Below are positions 12,213-25,716 of a DNA stretch of 64,000 nucleotides, piece by piece. Under the pieces are notes generated by a model, which made no database searches, was not told where the DNA came from, and saw only the letters and a list, made by a program, of their open reading frames with translations. Each line of letters starts with the position of its first letter. Positions within the stretch are counted from its first letter, which is position 1. The stretch covers positions 58,156,001-58,220,000 of the forward strand of contig NC_135658.1 in NCBI RefSeq assembly GCF_964188315.1, in the 5' to 3' direction. Position numbers and translations under genes: made by a program. The stretch is from Podarcis muralis. Lineage: Eukaryota.

Positions 12213-13299
12213 GTCATAGCGCTCCTCTACCGCTACGCTCGAGCTTGGTAGCCGCGCTGCCTTTCACGTAGCGGCTACGCTGCGGAGTTGGGAAGCTGTA
12301 CTTCGGGTACCCCGATTGCAGCCGGAGCGCGGAATCCTCCATGTGTGGCCGGGGCGGGGCGGGCGGCGTTAGAAACTTCCTCTACTTTTCTAAAAAGTAG
12401 AAAAGGAGCCAAACCTTCCTCACACCCTGTCGGCACAGCATCCACATTTTCGGGACAGATATTCAACGGATAGAGACAGCAGAGGTTTCTGCGGAAGCAT
12501 TTCTTCATGTCATTCAGAGTCTGGCAGGGCTTTGAAAGCCTTATGACCTCCCGCTCGGAAGAAGGGCAGGGATTGAGAAGCCAAGTTACTCAGGATTTAA
12601 AAACCTTGGCATTTACTGTGTTGTTGTTTCTAGGTAGTTCTGCAGGCAGAAATTCACCGCATGTGGCCTTTCCCTGTTCATAGAGATGTAAAAAGCTGCA
12701 CTGTTGAATTTTTACCTGCTTTGCCGACTTTCAAAGAGCAAATTGGTTCTCGGACGGACGAAGAACACAGGATATGAAAAACGAGAGTATATTTCTAATC
12801 ATGAGATTCGTAGATTCATTATTCCGTATCAACCCGTTTCAGTTTTGTCATGGCACGAGGTCAAACGTGTACTTTTGTGTGTTAAAGGACCTATACACCA
12901 GCCCTCTTCATTTATGTGGCCAAATACACACTTTCCTTTTCTGTTCAGTTTTTTAAGCTGCCCACTTATTTATTTATTTACCGAAATTGATATACTGTAC
13001 GTACTGCTTTATAGGTGCGTTACATAACTGGTTACAAACACGTTTCCGTCGGCCTAACGAATCATACCGTTTGCTTAAGAAGTGAGATGTGCTTTAAATT
13101 CTCCCAGTTGTGTAGCACGACTTGGGAGCAAGACGGGGGAGCACTGAATTTCCAAAACTTTATTATATAATTTTTAAAAGCAATTCAACACTGAATGGGG
13201 GCGCAGGCCCATCCAACGAGCAGAAACCATTGTGGGAGAACTGTCACGATAACTTTAAAACCTGCAACGAAATGGGGCCGTGTAACCCGGTTCTATTTT

Positions 13300-14500
13300 A
13301 TCTGAGGTTGGTTTCCGCGCAGTCCCTGCGTCTAGGACTCTTTCCCCGCTAGTGGAGGAGTCTTACAGAACGTCAATCGAAAACCGGAAGTTTAAGTCGC
13401 TTTCCCCCCTATCTCTTCGGCTTCCGCCCTCATCACTGGCCGTACGCCATTGGTTGAGAGGGCGGGATTTATGTACACTATGGGCTGTTATTCAACCGTC
13501 AGTGAGTCAATCAAGCGACTTTGTCAGTTACCGAAGTAGCAGCAAGTTTGTATGCGGCCTTTAAATTAGGTGCGGGGAGGCCCCAACGGCGGCGGCGGCG
13601 GCGGCCAGCAGTTGCTCGAGGGGTAATAGGTTTGAGATTGCGTGCGCATAAATGGCTGCTGCGCTTAAACAGGCGGCTGGTCTGGAGACGCTGCTAGGGA
13701 GCCTGTGCGCGTGAAAACACGCGTGGCCGTTACTGCCCCCGTCGCCGGCCGCCTCCTGCGCAGAAGGGTGCGGGGAGGGGGCGCTCTTCTCGGCCAACGG
13801 CTGCGACCCCCGCCCTGCTTTTCTCCCGCCTTCCCTTGGGCCGGGTCTGGGGCGTGGTTCTTCTGGCACCAACGAATAATAATGGCTTCCCTTGCGCGGT
13901 GCGTGTGCGCGCGAGGAGAGAGAGGAGTGGGCCGGGGCTTGGAGCCGAGCCCGCCGGGACGCCTCTGAGGGGGCGGTTCGCGAAGCGGCGGCGGGGCGTC
14001 CCCTGCTAAGCCTGCGCGCGGCCGCCTTGGGCGCAGTGGCTCCGCTTCCTCTGCGGCGGCGGCGACAGCGGTTCTTCCCCCGAGTCCCTCTCAGCGAGGG
14101 CGAACCGTTAAGTTGCCGCCTCGGAGGAGCGACCCGCCGTAATTGGCCGCGGGAGGGGCGAGGGGACGACTTCCAGAAAGCCAGCCCGGGCTCGCGGCTC
14201 CGTGGGCAGGCGCCTTCCCCTTTCCTAGGAAGTGGGGTCAGGGAGCAGCAAGCCCCGCATTAGGCCTCCGCACTCCCCCCCCCCCCCCCTCACAAAAAAA
14301 GCGACTCCCAAGTTAATGTGTTTCTTCAACCCGAAGCAGAAAGCAGCCTTTCCGTGTGCGTGGAAGCCCCTGGCTCCAGGGAGAACGTGTGACAGAGACC
14401 GCTTCGGGAGGGCTTCCTCCATTTTCCTTGCTGATTACCTTTCCTGAGAATAGACACGTGTTAGGGTGGAGAGCGGCGGGCCTGGGCTGTGAAAAACAGG
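13300..14500 (+). promoter_or_regulatory. Second CpG island with promoter-like motif cluster; no recognisable gene
   Basis: ETS CCGGAAGT 13384, ATTGG 13449, GGGCGGG 13460, TGAGTCA 13503, donor TAG|GTGCGG 13569/70, NRF1-like TGCGTGCGCA 13639, YY1-like AAATGGCT 13650. Separated from the KDM6A island by about 0.9 kb of AT-rich DNA. Confidence 0.65.
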
Positions 14501-15805
14501 GCAGCGCAAATACAGTATAAACGTTTCCTGGCGCTTACGGGAGAAAAACAACAAACGCCATACTCTCTCTCACACACATACCCTAACTAACGCACTTTCA
14601 CGAGTCTTCAGCTCCCCTCAGTACACCCGGAAGGAAGAAAATGCAAAATGCAAAGTTGAAATGTTTTGCTTTGCTTCCCCCAAGGACCGCTCTGGGAGAC
14701 TTCTCGTATTAATAATTCTGTATTTATCTAAACTCGTCTGTCGAAAGAGTGTATGTCAGTACTTTTACATAATGGAAACATAGGCTTTTTCAAAACTGCC
14801 CAATTTCCTAAAATATCAAACACAGTCTAATACTGTATACCCTTACCTGAAAGTCAGCCCTGTCTACCTCAACAGGGCTTTCTTCTGAGCAACCTAACTA
14901 GAATTTCCCTATTACACTATAATAGCTGTGTGCTACATTCTTGTCGGATGAAAATTGTCCTTGTGAGAGTGAGCTGGGAAATAATAACTTTGTCTCCAAG
15001 TACTTTTAGATACAGTTACTAGTGTAATGCCTTGTTTTTGTGATGTTCAGGTAAGAAAGAATTTCATCCAATGAATTTTTATGAGCTGCTGTAGAGTTCT
15101 TGAAATTGACTTAAATGTAGACCAAAGGCAAATAGTCTTTACCCTAGTTCTTTATTTTCCAGCTGCACATAGTACTGCCACACCTCATAATAGTATTGTG
15201 AAGACTTGCATGTTGAAGAAGTATTATGTTTCCATACTGTATAGTTTCGTTTGTGAAATCCTTTGAAAATACTTGGTCATTTTTTTCTTCTCATATTTGC
15301 ATATTGTATTTTTCCTCGGTTTTAATTGCTTTGGTGAAAATGGGAGTGGTGCTTCTCCTGAAAATTGAATTGAATCTGTATTTCTGCTGAGCCATACCAC
15401 AGCCATTGTGTTATGCTGTACCACATTAATTTATAAAGCCTGTCGTTAATTTTGGAATGTAAGGACTTCATTCACCAACGTTCTGGAAATGTGAAGTTTG
15501 GAAGAGCTGTAGGCACCACCTTGTCTGCTTGTTTCTCTTCTCCCTTGGTTCACTGTTCCTCCCCCACCCCCACCCCCACCACACACACAGAGCACATGCA
15601 CACACACAGCTTTACCAAGGGTCTGGGTAAAAACTGCATCCAGTAAAACTGAAATGGATCTTCTTGAATTTGCATAATTTTACATGGCACTCTGCCATCA
15701 TATTGTTTTAGGATTGTGGTGATCCAGATATCATCCTTGGGCAGTGGTTTTATATATGAAACTATAGCAGAAGGAACTGCTGACATGGTGAAACCAGTCT
15801 CTGTT

Positions 15806-16067
15806 AAGGGCTGGCCCTAACAGAGCTGCATGCTGTGGCACCGGGGACAGAGAACAGGTGGGGGCGTAGCTGGTGCACATCCCAGGGGGCATGGCGCCTG
15901 TCCCGGGGGTGTGGCATGGCGCCTGGGGGGCGTGGTGCACCGCTCACAGGGGCATGGCGCCCGCCACGGGGGTGCGCAGCACAAGTCAGGGAGGCGGCTG
16001 TGATGGCACCCCACCCCGGATAGTATCCAGAGTGGACCACTCCCCTGCCCCCCTTCCTCTGCCATTG
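15806..16067. mobile_element. GC-rich non-autonomous DNA transposon/MITE with internal GGCATGGCGCC repeats
   Basis: Abrupt GC-rich block with three GGCATGGCGCC units and ends resembling the 48622 element. Boundaries are approximate. Confidence 0.5.
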
Positions 16068-16229
16068 CATATCTGGAGATGTTGACTGGTGGGTGTAAGA
16101 GAACAACAGAACAGGATTCAGTCCGGTCTCTATGGAGCTGGGGAACACAAACTTGACTTGCTCTCTGTGCTGAATCCAGGACTATAGGAAGGGTGCTAGA
16201 AACCTAATGGGGGAACAAAGCCGTTGGAC

Positions 16230-16467
16230 TGTTATCACTGTGAGTCCTTTCTTTGTTCTTAAAGTAAGCCTTTATTTACACACACACACACAACTATGTA
16301 TCACAGTCACCACTGTCTCCAGTGCTCACCAGAAGTATTTGCTAGCACGTTCGGAGTCTCACTGCTCAGATTGGGGTGCCCACAACAATATTAAAGCTTA
16401 CATTGGTATATTGCACGGGGCGGGGGACAAATCTATTGGAAAGCAACGAAACCACCAACAAATCACA
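16230..16467 (-). mobile_element. Solo LTR (238 bp; Gypsy/ERV1-type 4-bp TSD)
   Basis: Termini TGTGAT...ATAACA on the minus strand, flanked by a perfect GGAC TSD (16226-16229 and 16468-16471). The minus strand has CCAAT, a GC box, and AATAAA about 45 nt before the 3' end. Confidence 0.75.
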
Positions 16468-19400
16468 GGACCCATCTTTCCGGTCTCCCCCACCACTCTG
16501 TTTTCCTCCCCTCAGTCTCCCAGATTATTATTTTTTCTCTCCTACCCTCTCTTATCAGTCCATTGCTGTGCAGCTAATGTGACCTTGAAAAGCAGAGCTG
16601 AAAGAGGATATGGAAAAATGTACCCACTCTTCTCTTGGTCTTTTTGCCCTATGTACTTTTCAAAGGGGAAAATTGTAATCACCCTCACCCTCTTATGTCA
16701 AAGGAGGCAGTGGGGTGGGGGGCTCAGAATCTTTGTAGATGCCAAAGGATGTTCTGGTCAAATTAATGGATAATTAAAGGGCTTTTGTAGCATGAAGTAC
16801 TTTCCGTGAACTTTGGCCTATCAGCTGCACCGCTTCTTGGAAAGAGATGACCTTGCCACAGTTACTAATACTCTGGCTGCATCTAGATTGAATTTATATA
16901 TGGGACTTCCCTTAAACTTCCCTGTAAACTTCAGCTGTTTCAGAACACAGCAGGTTGTTAACCTGATTATACTGAAATATTTGCATTGGCTGCCACTTTG
17001 TGTCTGGCTGCTGGATTGAAGCTATACGCTCAAAAACTCTTGGGATGCGGTATCTGAAGAACCACTTGCTCCCATAACATTCTTCTTCTCCTCAGAAACC
17101 CTCCTCCAACTGACCTTCGGAGGCAGGCAACTGGGGAGATGGCCTTTGAAACTGTGTGCCTCTCTTACTCAGGGATGGTTTCCAGACATTTAGATGCTTC
17201 GTAAATATTGGTTCCTGACACCCATCTGTAATATAGGATGTATAGTGTGTGTGTGTGGCTTCCAATATATGTACTGAAAGATCACCTTTGACACCAGGGA
17301 AGTGCTTTCACTTAAAGCAATTTTGTTTAGACAAGCCTTTCCAGACGAATAGACGTTGACATGTCGTAATATTTTAATTCTAATTATATTTAAGTGTTTT
17401 GAATTGTGTTAACTGATTCTTGTTATTATATATTTATATCCTATATTTTCCCCTGCCAGGGAGTCAAGGTGGTTTACAGATAAAATATGAACCGCTAAAA
17501 ACGGGGAGGGGGGTAATTAAAACACTTTTTTCATTGAAAATTTTAATATTGTCAAATTTGGAGGTTTTACTACAATTAAGTGGTAAAAATATTTTGCTAA
17601 ATAAATAAATAGAAAATACAATTTTGAGGTATGTTCACTATCTGACCAACTGGGATATACTTTCAAAATCAGTTTCATCACATGGAAAGCCATAAATGAA
17701 GGCTGAGGGTTTTGACGAACATATTATTGCAGGTGATGGGCTCTAAATAAGTACAGTTTCACTGTCATATATAATTTCCAGTTGGTGAAATAGGAGAGAA
17801 CTGATTTCACTAAGTCTTCATAAATGAAAGTACTGTATATTCACAATTGATGGATGGGCATCCAGTATACAGTCATCAATAAACTTTCCGTAGTAAACAC
17901 AGTACTAAAGGAAAGCAGAAACCATCCCTTTATATTTGTCATCCCTGGCCAATCAGCAACTTAATAGATGCTAGAATTTTTGAATAGCATGTTGGACTAG
18001 TAGACCTTGGTCTGATTCAGGAAAGCACAACTTCCAGTTACCTTCACCTCCATTTATTTGTTTTGTTAGTTACTCAACACAGGACAGTCTCTAAGTGATG
18101 TACAGACAACTTTTAAAATATACAGAATTGTTAATAACTGTAAAGATGTAAACATTCTAATCAATACATAAAACACCAGCTTCCCAAGAAGTGGGGCAGC
18201 AGCCAAGACCAGTGCTCTTATAAAACTCTTTAGGAAGGAGGTCATTTAATACAGGAAAGCTATGCCTCATTAAGAGATGCTGTACTGTACAGCATACCTT
18301 CTACCGGTAGTTTGTCAATTTGTATAAGTGGAATTAGACAAGACTGAAGTTATCACACACCTGAGATATGTCTTTAAGGCTCACCCATGCATAAGTTCTG
18401 TTGCACTCAGTGGGGAATGCTTTTGAGTAAACATGTATAGGATTGTACTGTAAATCTTGTGTATTATTTTGACAATTTCTTAATGGAAGAAATGTTATAA
18501 ATATATGTTAAATAGTTGCCGATGCAGCCTTATGCATGTTTTCTTGCATGTATCCTGTTTTTTACATATAGAAATTAAATGCTTCATATTTTCTGCTTTA
18601 AGCCACCTTTTGAGCCCAATTTAGATTTAAAGACAGGTCAATTTTTTTTAAATAAATAAGTTTTTTGTTTTCTATCATTGTTTACAAATCTAGGATATTA
18701 AGATAAAACCCTACTAATTTTTAATTCCTTTAAAATGACCCCAAAGCTGACAAAAATAAAATAAATTTCAGAAGAAAATCTACCTAAGGGATTGTTCCAA
18801 CAATTGTGGATTAGCCACCAATAATGTTTCACTGGGTGCCTTTCTTATACATAGGCTACACAAATGGCTAAGCTAAAGGGTGCTTGTTGTTATTTTAACA
18901 GTCATGATAGGGAAGGAGGTAGTCACTTTAGTGTACAAGGGGTTATAGGTTAATCTCAATAGCTTGTATTATTCCAGGACAGTTGGAGATCTGCAAATAC
19001 AAATACTTAACATAAGCTCAGAAGGAACACTTTCTTGGTGATTCATTCCGACCAACAGGTAAGTCACTCGATTCTGCACAATTTACAAAGCAATTTTCAA
19101 GGACAGCCTACTGTACTATAATTTCTGCCATAAATTTCTTAGAACAACTTGGTTTCCTCATATTTAATATGGGGATCAAAATTCATATTGGGGTAGGTAT
19201 TGGGAACATATGTGTCAACATCTGATAAGGGAAATAATTATCTTTGTAGCATACAAAAGTCATTAAGTACAGTATCCTGCAAATGTACAATACTAATTTG
19301 ATCATCTCTTTAGTTTTCCAGATCTTACCTCACCATTCCCTAGTTGTGAGTCAATTGTTCACCATTTCAAAGTCGCTAAGATTTTGCTCTTTTGAAAAGA

Positions 19401-21989
19401 TTCCAGAATCAGATTTTGTGCCCAATACTAAATGAGTTACCATTTACCCACAAAACATTGATGTTTAAATGAAATGTAATTTATCATCTGAATAGCATAA
19501 ATGTTTGTCACTCAAATCTCTCTTTAGGCATATTCACCATGCATAATCTCAGGTTATTACAATGCCAACAATCATCCTGGCCATCTTTATTTCACTGTAA
19601 AATAGTAAAATTCCATTACCTGACCAGAGTTTCTTGAGACTAATAATAGGAAATGCTGCTGGGCATAGTAAAAAACAAAGAAACGCAAAACCAGTTCTGT
19701 TCATTCTCTGTTGTTACCTTCCCAGTGACTTTTCCCAGATAATTTCCTAACTTGGTTTTTAGATCTATTAAGAGACAGTATGTTTTTGTCACATTCATAT
19801 TAACTAATTCATATTAGTTTATTAAAAATGTTCTCACACTAATCTTAAAAGTCTCATTCCTTTTGTTCATCCTGGATGGAAAATATTGGAACCACAGATT
19901 ATCATTATTACCTATCCTAATTTTATTCCTGCTGACTTCTAGAATGTTTAAAATTTCCTCCCAGGATCTTGTTATCTGAATTATTTCTGCTATTGGGAAA
20001 AAATGCCATCTTACTTGTTTGTAATCCTATGTACATTTAACTAGTGAGAAACAGTCTTGTTACTTATGAGTAAACAAGATTACTCTGCTCTCCAGTGCCT
20101 TGATGTGAAATGACAATGAAAGGTTGACATCACTAAAATCTTTATATGATCAGACACAGACTGAATTTCTATTTCTGTATTATCTTTTGTCATTTAAAGT
20201 CATCAGAATCCTGTCTGTTCTTAAATAATTTTGATGTGGTGCGGAATAAAACATAAAATGGTTTGAATATCTTAAAGGAGCAATAATTAATTGTAAAACC
20301 ATTATTAATTACAAACTATCCACTCCTCTTTGAAAATGCCTAGGTGAAAAGCTACTGTCTTTTCCTTCATTGATCTGCTGAAAAATTGCATTCACCACTC
20401 CTTGGGATCTTCTCACGTTGTTAATTCATCATCTAAAATTATTATTTTATTTATATATTGCAAACTCGCATAAAAATGTATCTGTGTGGTGAGTGGTGCC
20501 TCAGTTTAAAAACCATATCATGAGCAATACATTCAACCTTTACAAAAATTGATTGCACATTATTGAGTAAAGCAAAGCCATGTACACAGGCAAAGTTACC
20601 CTAAATGTGTGTAAGGTGAGTTGCAAAGCAAATAGCACCCACCCTTCTTCTATTTAAATCACCACCACTCCCAGTGTGCTTTACAGAGGAGAGATGGCAA
20701 GAAGGATTCTCTTAACGTGCTACTCTCAGAATGCATAGTTGTGTCCTGAGCTGAATTCACGAAGCTTTATGCTGTCAGAACGTTGATCCAGCCAGCCAGT
20801 GATGCCTATTCTGACTGGCAGCAGCTCTCCAGGGAAAGGTTCTTTCCTTTTATCATACCACATGAGAACCTTTAAACAGGAGGTGCCAGTGGCTAACCTC
20901 ACTGTCACAAGCAGTACACCTCTGCAGAGCAGTTGTTGGGAATCACAATTGGGGAGGGTGCTATTGCACTCAGGTCCATCTTGCAAGGCTTCCAATAGCC
21001 ATCTGGTTTACATTGGGAGAACGGGATGTTGATCTAGAGGGGCCTTCAGTTTGATCCAGTAGAGTTTGTGTCACGTTCTTACAACATGCATGCAAAACAT
21101 GTGCTTTACCACTGAGATCTACTATATCCTTACACAAAGGTTCATTCTACTATTATTTAGAATTGGGAAAATCTGGAAAGGAACAAATAGTTACTGCATA
21201 CTGAAGTTTTATATTTGGCTTTCTATATTTATGGCATGCTGATATGCGTGTCAGATTTCAAAATAATCAGATAAGTTTGAACCCTTTCCCCTCTAGCCAG
21301 GAAACAGCAGAAAAACATCAGAACAGTTGTTTTTGCATGATTTATAGTATTTTGTGCTGTCGGTTGCATCAGAAACAGAAGATTGTGCTATATTTGTCCT
21401 CTGCCTCTGCTCCAGCCAAAATTAGGAAGCATCTCAGCATGGATTTGCTAATCTTTAGCGTCATGGCCATTGTTTAAAACTGATTTCCATTATATATTTT
21501 TTATCAAATTGATTTGTGGTTCAAAATGTAGTTCTGTCATGGAAATCCATTAAAAAAATGGCCACTACATTTTTCTCCTCAGTTAAATCCTTCCCTGTGT
21601 TCTGTGCTTTAACACTATTCAGACTAGAAATTAGGAGGAAACAGTTATTCACCACACTGCTAAAAACTTTATAGCACACTATTAATAACAAAATATTCCT
21701 CCAAAGCCCCCTTTGTGATTATTCCCCCCAACCCCTGCTCAGATCTTATAGTTTTACTGTATGTAGATTGTAAACTACACTTTGTTATCTGCTTCCTATG
21801 CTAACGGACCAGACTTACCCCAATCTAATGAGTTGTATTTGATTATCATAGTTTATGTTTATAAGATAATCATTCAAATGCAAAGAAATGTTTTCAGATT
21901 TTGAACAAGTAGCTGAAAGCATTAAAACATCTCTGCATCAATTGACCAGAACCTACATGGAAACTTTGCTGCAAGAGTTTCTTCCTCCA

Positions 21990-22560
21990 TACTTTTCTCT
22001 CTTTTTAATAATAAAAAAAATTTATTGGTTTTACAAGATTTTATACATTTTAACTTTAACCATTTCAAACATTGAAATAAAAGGTTCTATTGGACCTTCA
22101 GACTTCCTTCCCTGCCTTCATGGGTTCCATATTCAAAGTAAGGTTTTCTGCATCTTTTTCCTTTATCCATCTGTTAAATATCTATAGTTACCATACCTAC
22201 CGGTAATTCCACATTAGAAGTGTCATTACATCCCTGCCAATGATTTTAACTCTTTACAGTGGTCTTTTAAATAAATTAAGAATTTACCCCAGTCTTTTAA
22301 AAATACTTGATCTTCCTGGTTTCTGATCTTCTCCGTCAGTTTTGCCATCTCTGCATACTGTATCAGTTTAGTCTGCCATTATTCTCTTGTTGGTACTTCT
22401 TCCTTCCTTCCATCTCTGGGCTAGTAGCATTCTCACTGCCATCGTTGCATACATAAAAAGTATTTTATCCTCTTTTGGTATCTCTTCACCTTCCTCCATA
22501 CTTTTCAATGAGTCAGGAAATGCAGAGCTTTCCCAATATTCAAGAAAATGAGACAGCCCC
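21990..22560 (-). mobile_element. L1/Tx1-clade LINE 3' fragment
   Basis: Frameshifted ORF2 C-terminus (YATMAVRMLLAQRWKE...TKL..YAEMAKLT...DWGKFLIYLK), followed by an AT-rich 3'UTR and A-rich tail. Confidence 0.7.
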
Positions 22561-23711
22561 TGCTCACCTGTGTGCATAAAAGGCCTTGGTGGGCACATTA
22601 AATTAAGATGGGTAGATTATAGTAAAACAGGATAAGCAGCACTGAATCAGTGATGGACTTTCATCCCACTAGTTTCATTAGGCCTGGCAGAGATCCTAAT
22701 TTGGCCTACAAAGCTGTTTTTCCCAAGTCACAACCACCTGACCTCATATAAATTTAAATTTCTTAAATGCCTGTTTCTTTTTTTAAAAAACTCAAGGCAT
22801 CTTAAAACAGACTATTGAGGTTGTATCTTTTGTCACCACTCTCTGAACCTGCAGAGTATACCTTGAGGGTGTTTACCACCTTAGATGTTGGTTATTTGTT
22901 ACTGGGCAAATTCTGCTTGCTTGACTGGAGGCTGAAAAAAGCTGTTCCGCAGTTTGGGGTGTAGCTTTCAAATCAAGCCTGGGTTTTTGTTGCTGGCAGG
23001 CAAAAAGTCTTGGCATTCCAAAAAAATAAGGAAGTGGAGAGCACAAAATATATAAAGGCTGATTACATGTTTAATATTATGTACTTTTTCTGTTACGGAT
23101 ATTGGTTCAAATAAATCTTAGGTTATATATTAATCCTCTTTCACTAACAGCATGAACTTGAATAAATAACATTTGGATAAAAAGTATTACCTAGCTGTGT
23201 AAAAATTTTGAGTTGAATAAAATCTTGCTTTGCTGTTTCCCACCTCAAATCCTTCTGCCTAACTCTGGACTACATAACGCTTTGTTAAAGGTCACTGCAC
23301 CAGAAACTATAGATGGTGGCTGTTGCTGCAACAGCAATACAAGTTACAGTGTTAGCATATTACACATTTAGACATCTCATTAGCATAACAACTATTGTAC
23401 TCAATTACTCATATAGCAGATCATAGGATCAGTCCACTAATTCAGAAAAAAGCGCTGTCTAAAATTAAATTATTGCTTTCAAATAATACAAACATATATT
23501 CATGAGTCCATGAGTTCAATCACTTTTTAAATAAATGACATGAAAATGCTTCATAGTGAAAATGCTACATAATTGTTTATCTGTCAAGATGCTCTGTTGT
23601 ATCCAACATTGGTTATACTCAGAGTAGATCCATTGGCAATAGTACACATGACTAGCTTAGGTTCATTAATTTCAGTGAGTCTACTATGAGTAGAACTAAA
23701 TTGGATATAAC

Positions 23712-23884
23712 CAGTGCTCCCCCCCCCTAAAAATGTTTAGGGATACTCTCATTTTGACTCAAGAAAATCACAAATTTATAGTTCAATTCGGGGAAAATAA
23801 ATACAGTAAATGGACAAAGGTACAAAGATTCACAAAATATTTAGGGGTATGTGTACCCCTGTGTACCCCCAGAAAAAAGCACTG
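23712..23884. mobile_element. hAT-type MITE
   Basis: TIR CAGTGCT...AGCACTG with a perfect 8-bp TSD GATATAAC. Same family as 52530-52681. Confidence 0.88.
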
Positions 23885-24626
23885 GATATAACCCATGGCT
23901 CATGACTACATCATTTGTCTAATTTTCGCTATTTTCATTTTTGTCTTCCCCTCATCCAATTTCTGTAGCGTCTTGCCTGATAAAGAATTCTAGAGAATGC
24001 AAATGCTTTTGTGACATTTTGGATGGAAGCTATTGCCCAACTATGACTGATCAGCTATTCTTCTCCTATTTTCTCAGAATAAGCAAGTTTGTTCCAGGTT
24101 CCAAATCCAGATTGCCAGTTCAGGCATCACCATGTACACATTAAAGAGAAATGTTTTGACATATAGGCTGTCATCATCTGTGAATAACAGTTATGGCACT
24201 CAGAGGAATGAACACCTCTCTATTAACTTCTCCTAAAAGCACTGTACTTAGTCCTACAAAAGAGTATTTCTGGAATAGCAGACTCCACTAAGCATCACCT
24301 GCTACAACTTGAGGGTACAAATGGCAGTTGCTCATAATTGTACAAAATCATACACAAAACTATGAGAAAGCAAAGTGCACGCATTTGATGTTGGGGCTTG
24401 ATTATGCCCCATCCCATCCATTTCCCTAAAATACTACCCTTTTAGGAAACAACTCTTCCTAGGAAGTCATTGTGTGGGAACCTCTGGTGGTTGGGGGACA
24501 GGTTTTAATGAGTCCTGCCATGCATTGAAAGAGCTTGTGAGCAGGCCTTGCAGGCTTCCATTCACCATTCACCGCCACACGGTCACTCACAAGTTGGCAA
24601 TCCTTGAGGAGAGACTGATGGCACTA

Positions 24627-24868
24627 CAGTGGTACCTCGGGTTACATACGCTTCAGGTTACATACGCTTCAGGTTACAGACTCCACTAAACCAGAAATAG
24701 TACCTTGGGTTAAGAACTTTGCTTCAGGATGAGAACAGAAACCGTGCTCCGGCGGCGCGGCAACAGCAGGAGGTCCCATTAGCTAAAGTGGTGCTTCAGG
24801 TTAAGAACAATTTCAGGTTAAGAACAGACCTCCGGAACGAATAAAGTACTTAACCTGAGGTACCACAG
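24627..24868. mobile_element. Tigger-like MITE, copy 2 (opposite orientation to copy 1)
   Basis: CAGTGGTACCTCGG ... GAGGTACCACAG with TA flanks. Confidence 0.88.
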
Positions 24869-25232
24869 TACTCAGGATCCCACTTCATCTGTAGTAGCTC
24901 TACACATGTACACCAATATGCACATAGGGTCCTTTGTGGTTACTCAACACATGCCTGACAGGGATGCTTGTTTTCAGTGCATCCGCTGGTTCATGATTTG
25001 ACCTCACCAAAGGAAAGGGCTCCTTAAAAATTTCAGACAATTTTGCCAGCTGCTTTTCATCACTGTGCTCATCATTCCCAATGTAGAGTCTCTGCATGTT
25101 TCTGCACATCCATGGCTCCAATGAGAATCAACTTCCTAGAAGATGTTGTTGTCCCATTCAGCCACCCAGCCACCCATTGTAGCTTTACAGCAGAAGGACA
25201 TGTATCAGTAGACATAGCTTGGTGCTTTGAAG

Positions 25233-25370
25233 CAAGGAGGCCTAATTTGTGACCCTCCAGGAAACGTTGGACTCCAATTCCCATGAGCCTCAAATGGCAT
25301 AACCAATGGTCAAGAGCGAAGGGACTTGCAGCACAGCCGCATTTAGAGGGTCACAGGTTAGTCAGTCCTG
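25233..25370. mobile_element. Palindromic hAT-type MITE
   Basis: Internally palindromic (gaccctccag...ggactccaattccca...gggacttgcag...gagggtcac). The 8-bp TSD matches 7/8 (CTTTGAAG / CTTTAAAG). Confidence 0.7.
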
Positions 25371-25716
25371 CTTTAAAGAGTTGGTATTCCTGGGGTTCTT
25401 GCAGACATGCAGCAGTGATTTTAAGTGCCCCTGTGAGCAGTTTTACCCTCGTCACAGAAACCAAGACAGTGACTTATGCTTCCTGTGCAATGTGTGAGGT
25501 TTATAGTCACACATCACTCCCAAAGCAAAATGCACAAGTCCCAGATTGTGTGACGCTCACACATTTTACCATGGTGGAGACAGGGACGTTCTTACTTGGC
25601 ATGTTTCTACAGGAAGCACAAAAAGAACTTTGTGTTGCTGCGCTTCCTGTGCAAGATCCAAAGCTGTTCTCCCAGATGCTTTAAGCATAGAGACATTGTG
25701 TGAGGTGAAGATGAAC

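Larger units (their letters stand above)
10600..12450. promoter_or_regulatory. KDM6A: CpG island over the KDM6A promoter, exons 1-2 and intron 1
   Basis: Very GC- and CpG-rich relative to the AT-rich flanks. Confidence 0.9.

Noticed and set aside
10365-12508. Many long overlapping ORFs (e.g. 421 aa at 10703-11968) on both strands
   Set aside because: They result from stop-codon scarcity in the GC-rich KDM6A CpG island and consist of low-complexity R/G/P/A. Only the two KDM6A exons are supported.
13625-13675. Possible pre-miRNA hairpin GTTTGAG...CTTAAAC
   Set aside because: Only the outer ~7 bp pair; the inner arms have too many mismatches.
24900-25121. Minus-strand ORF with RLYIGN, reminiscent of a DUSP N-terminus (DUSP21 is syntenic in human)
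   Set aside because: No HCxxGxSRS catalytic motif or further similarity; short and flanked by MITEs.
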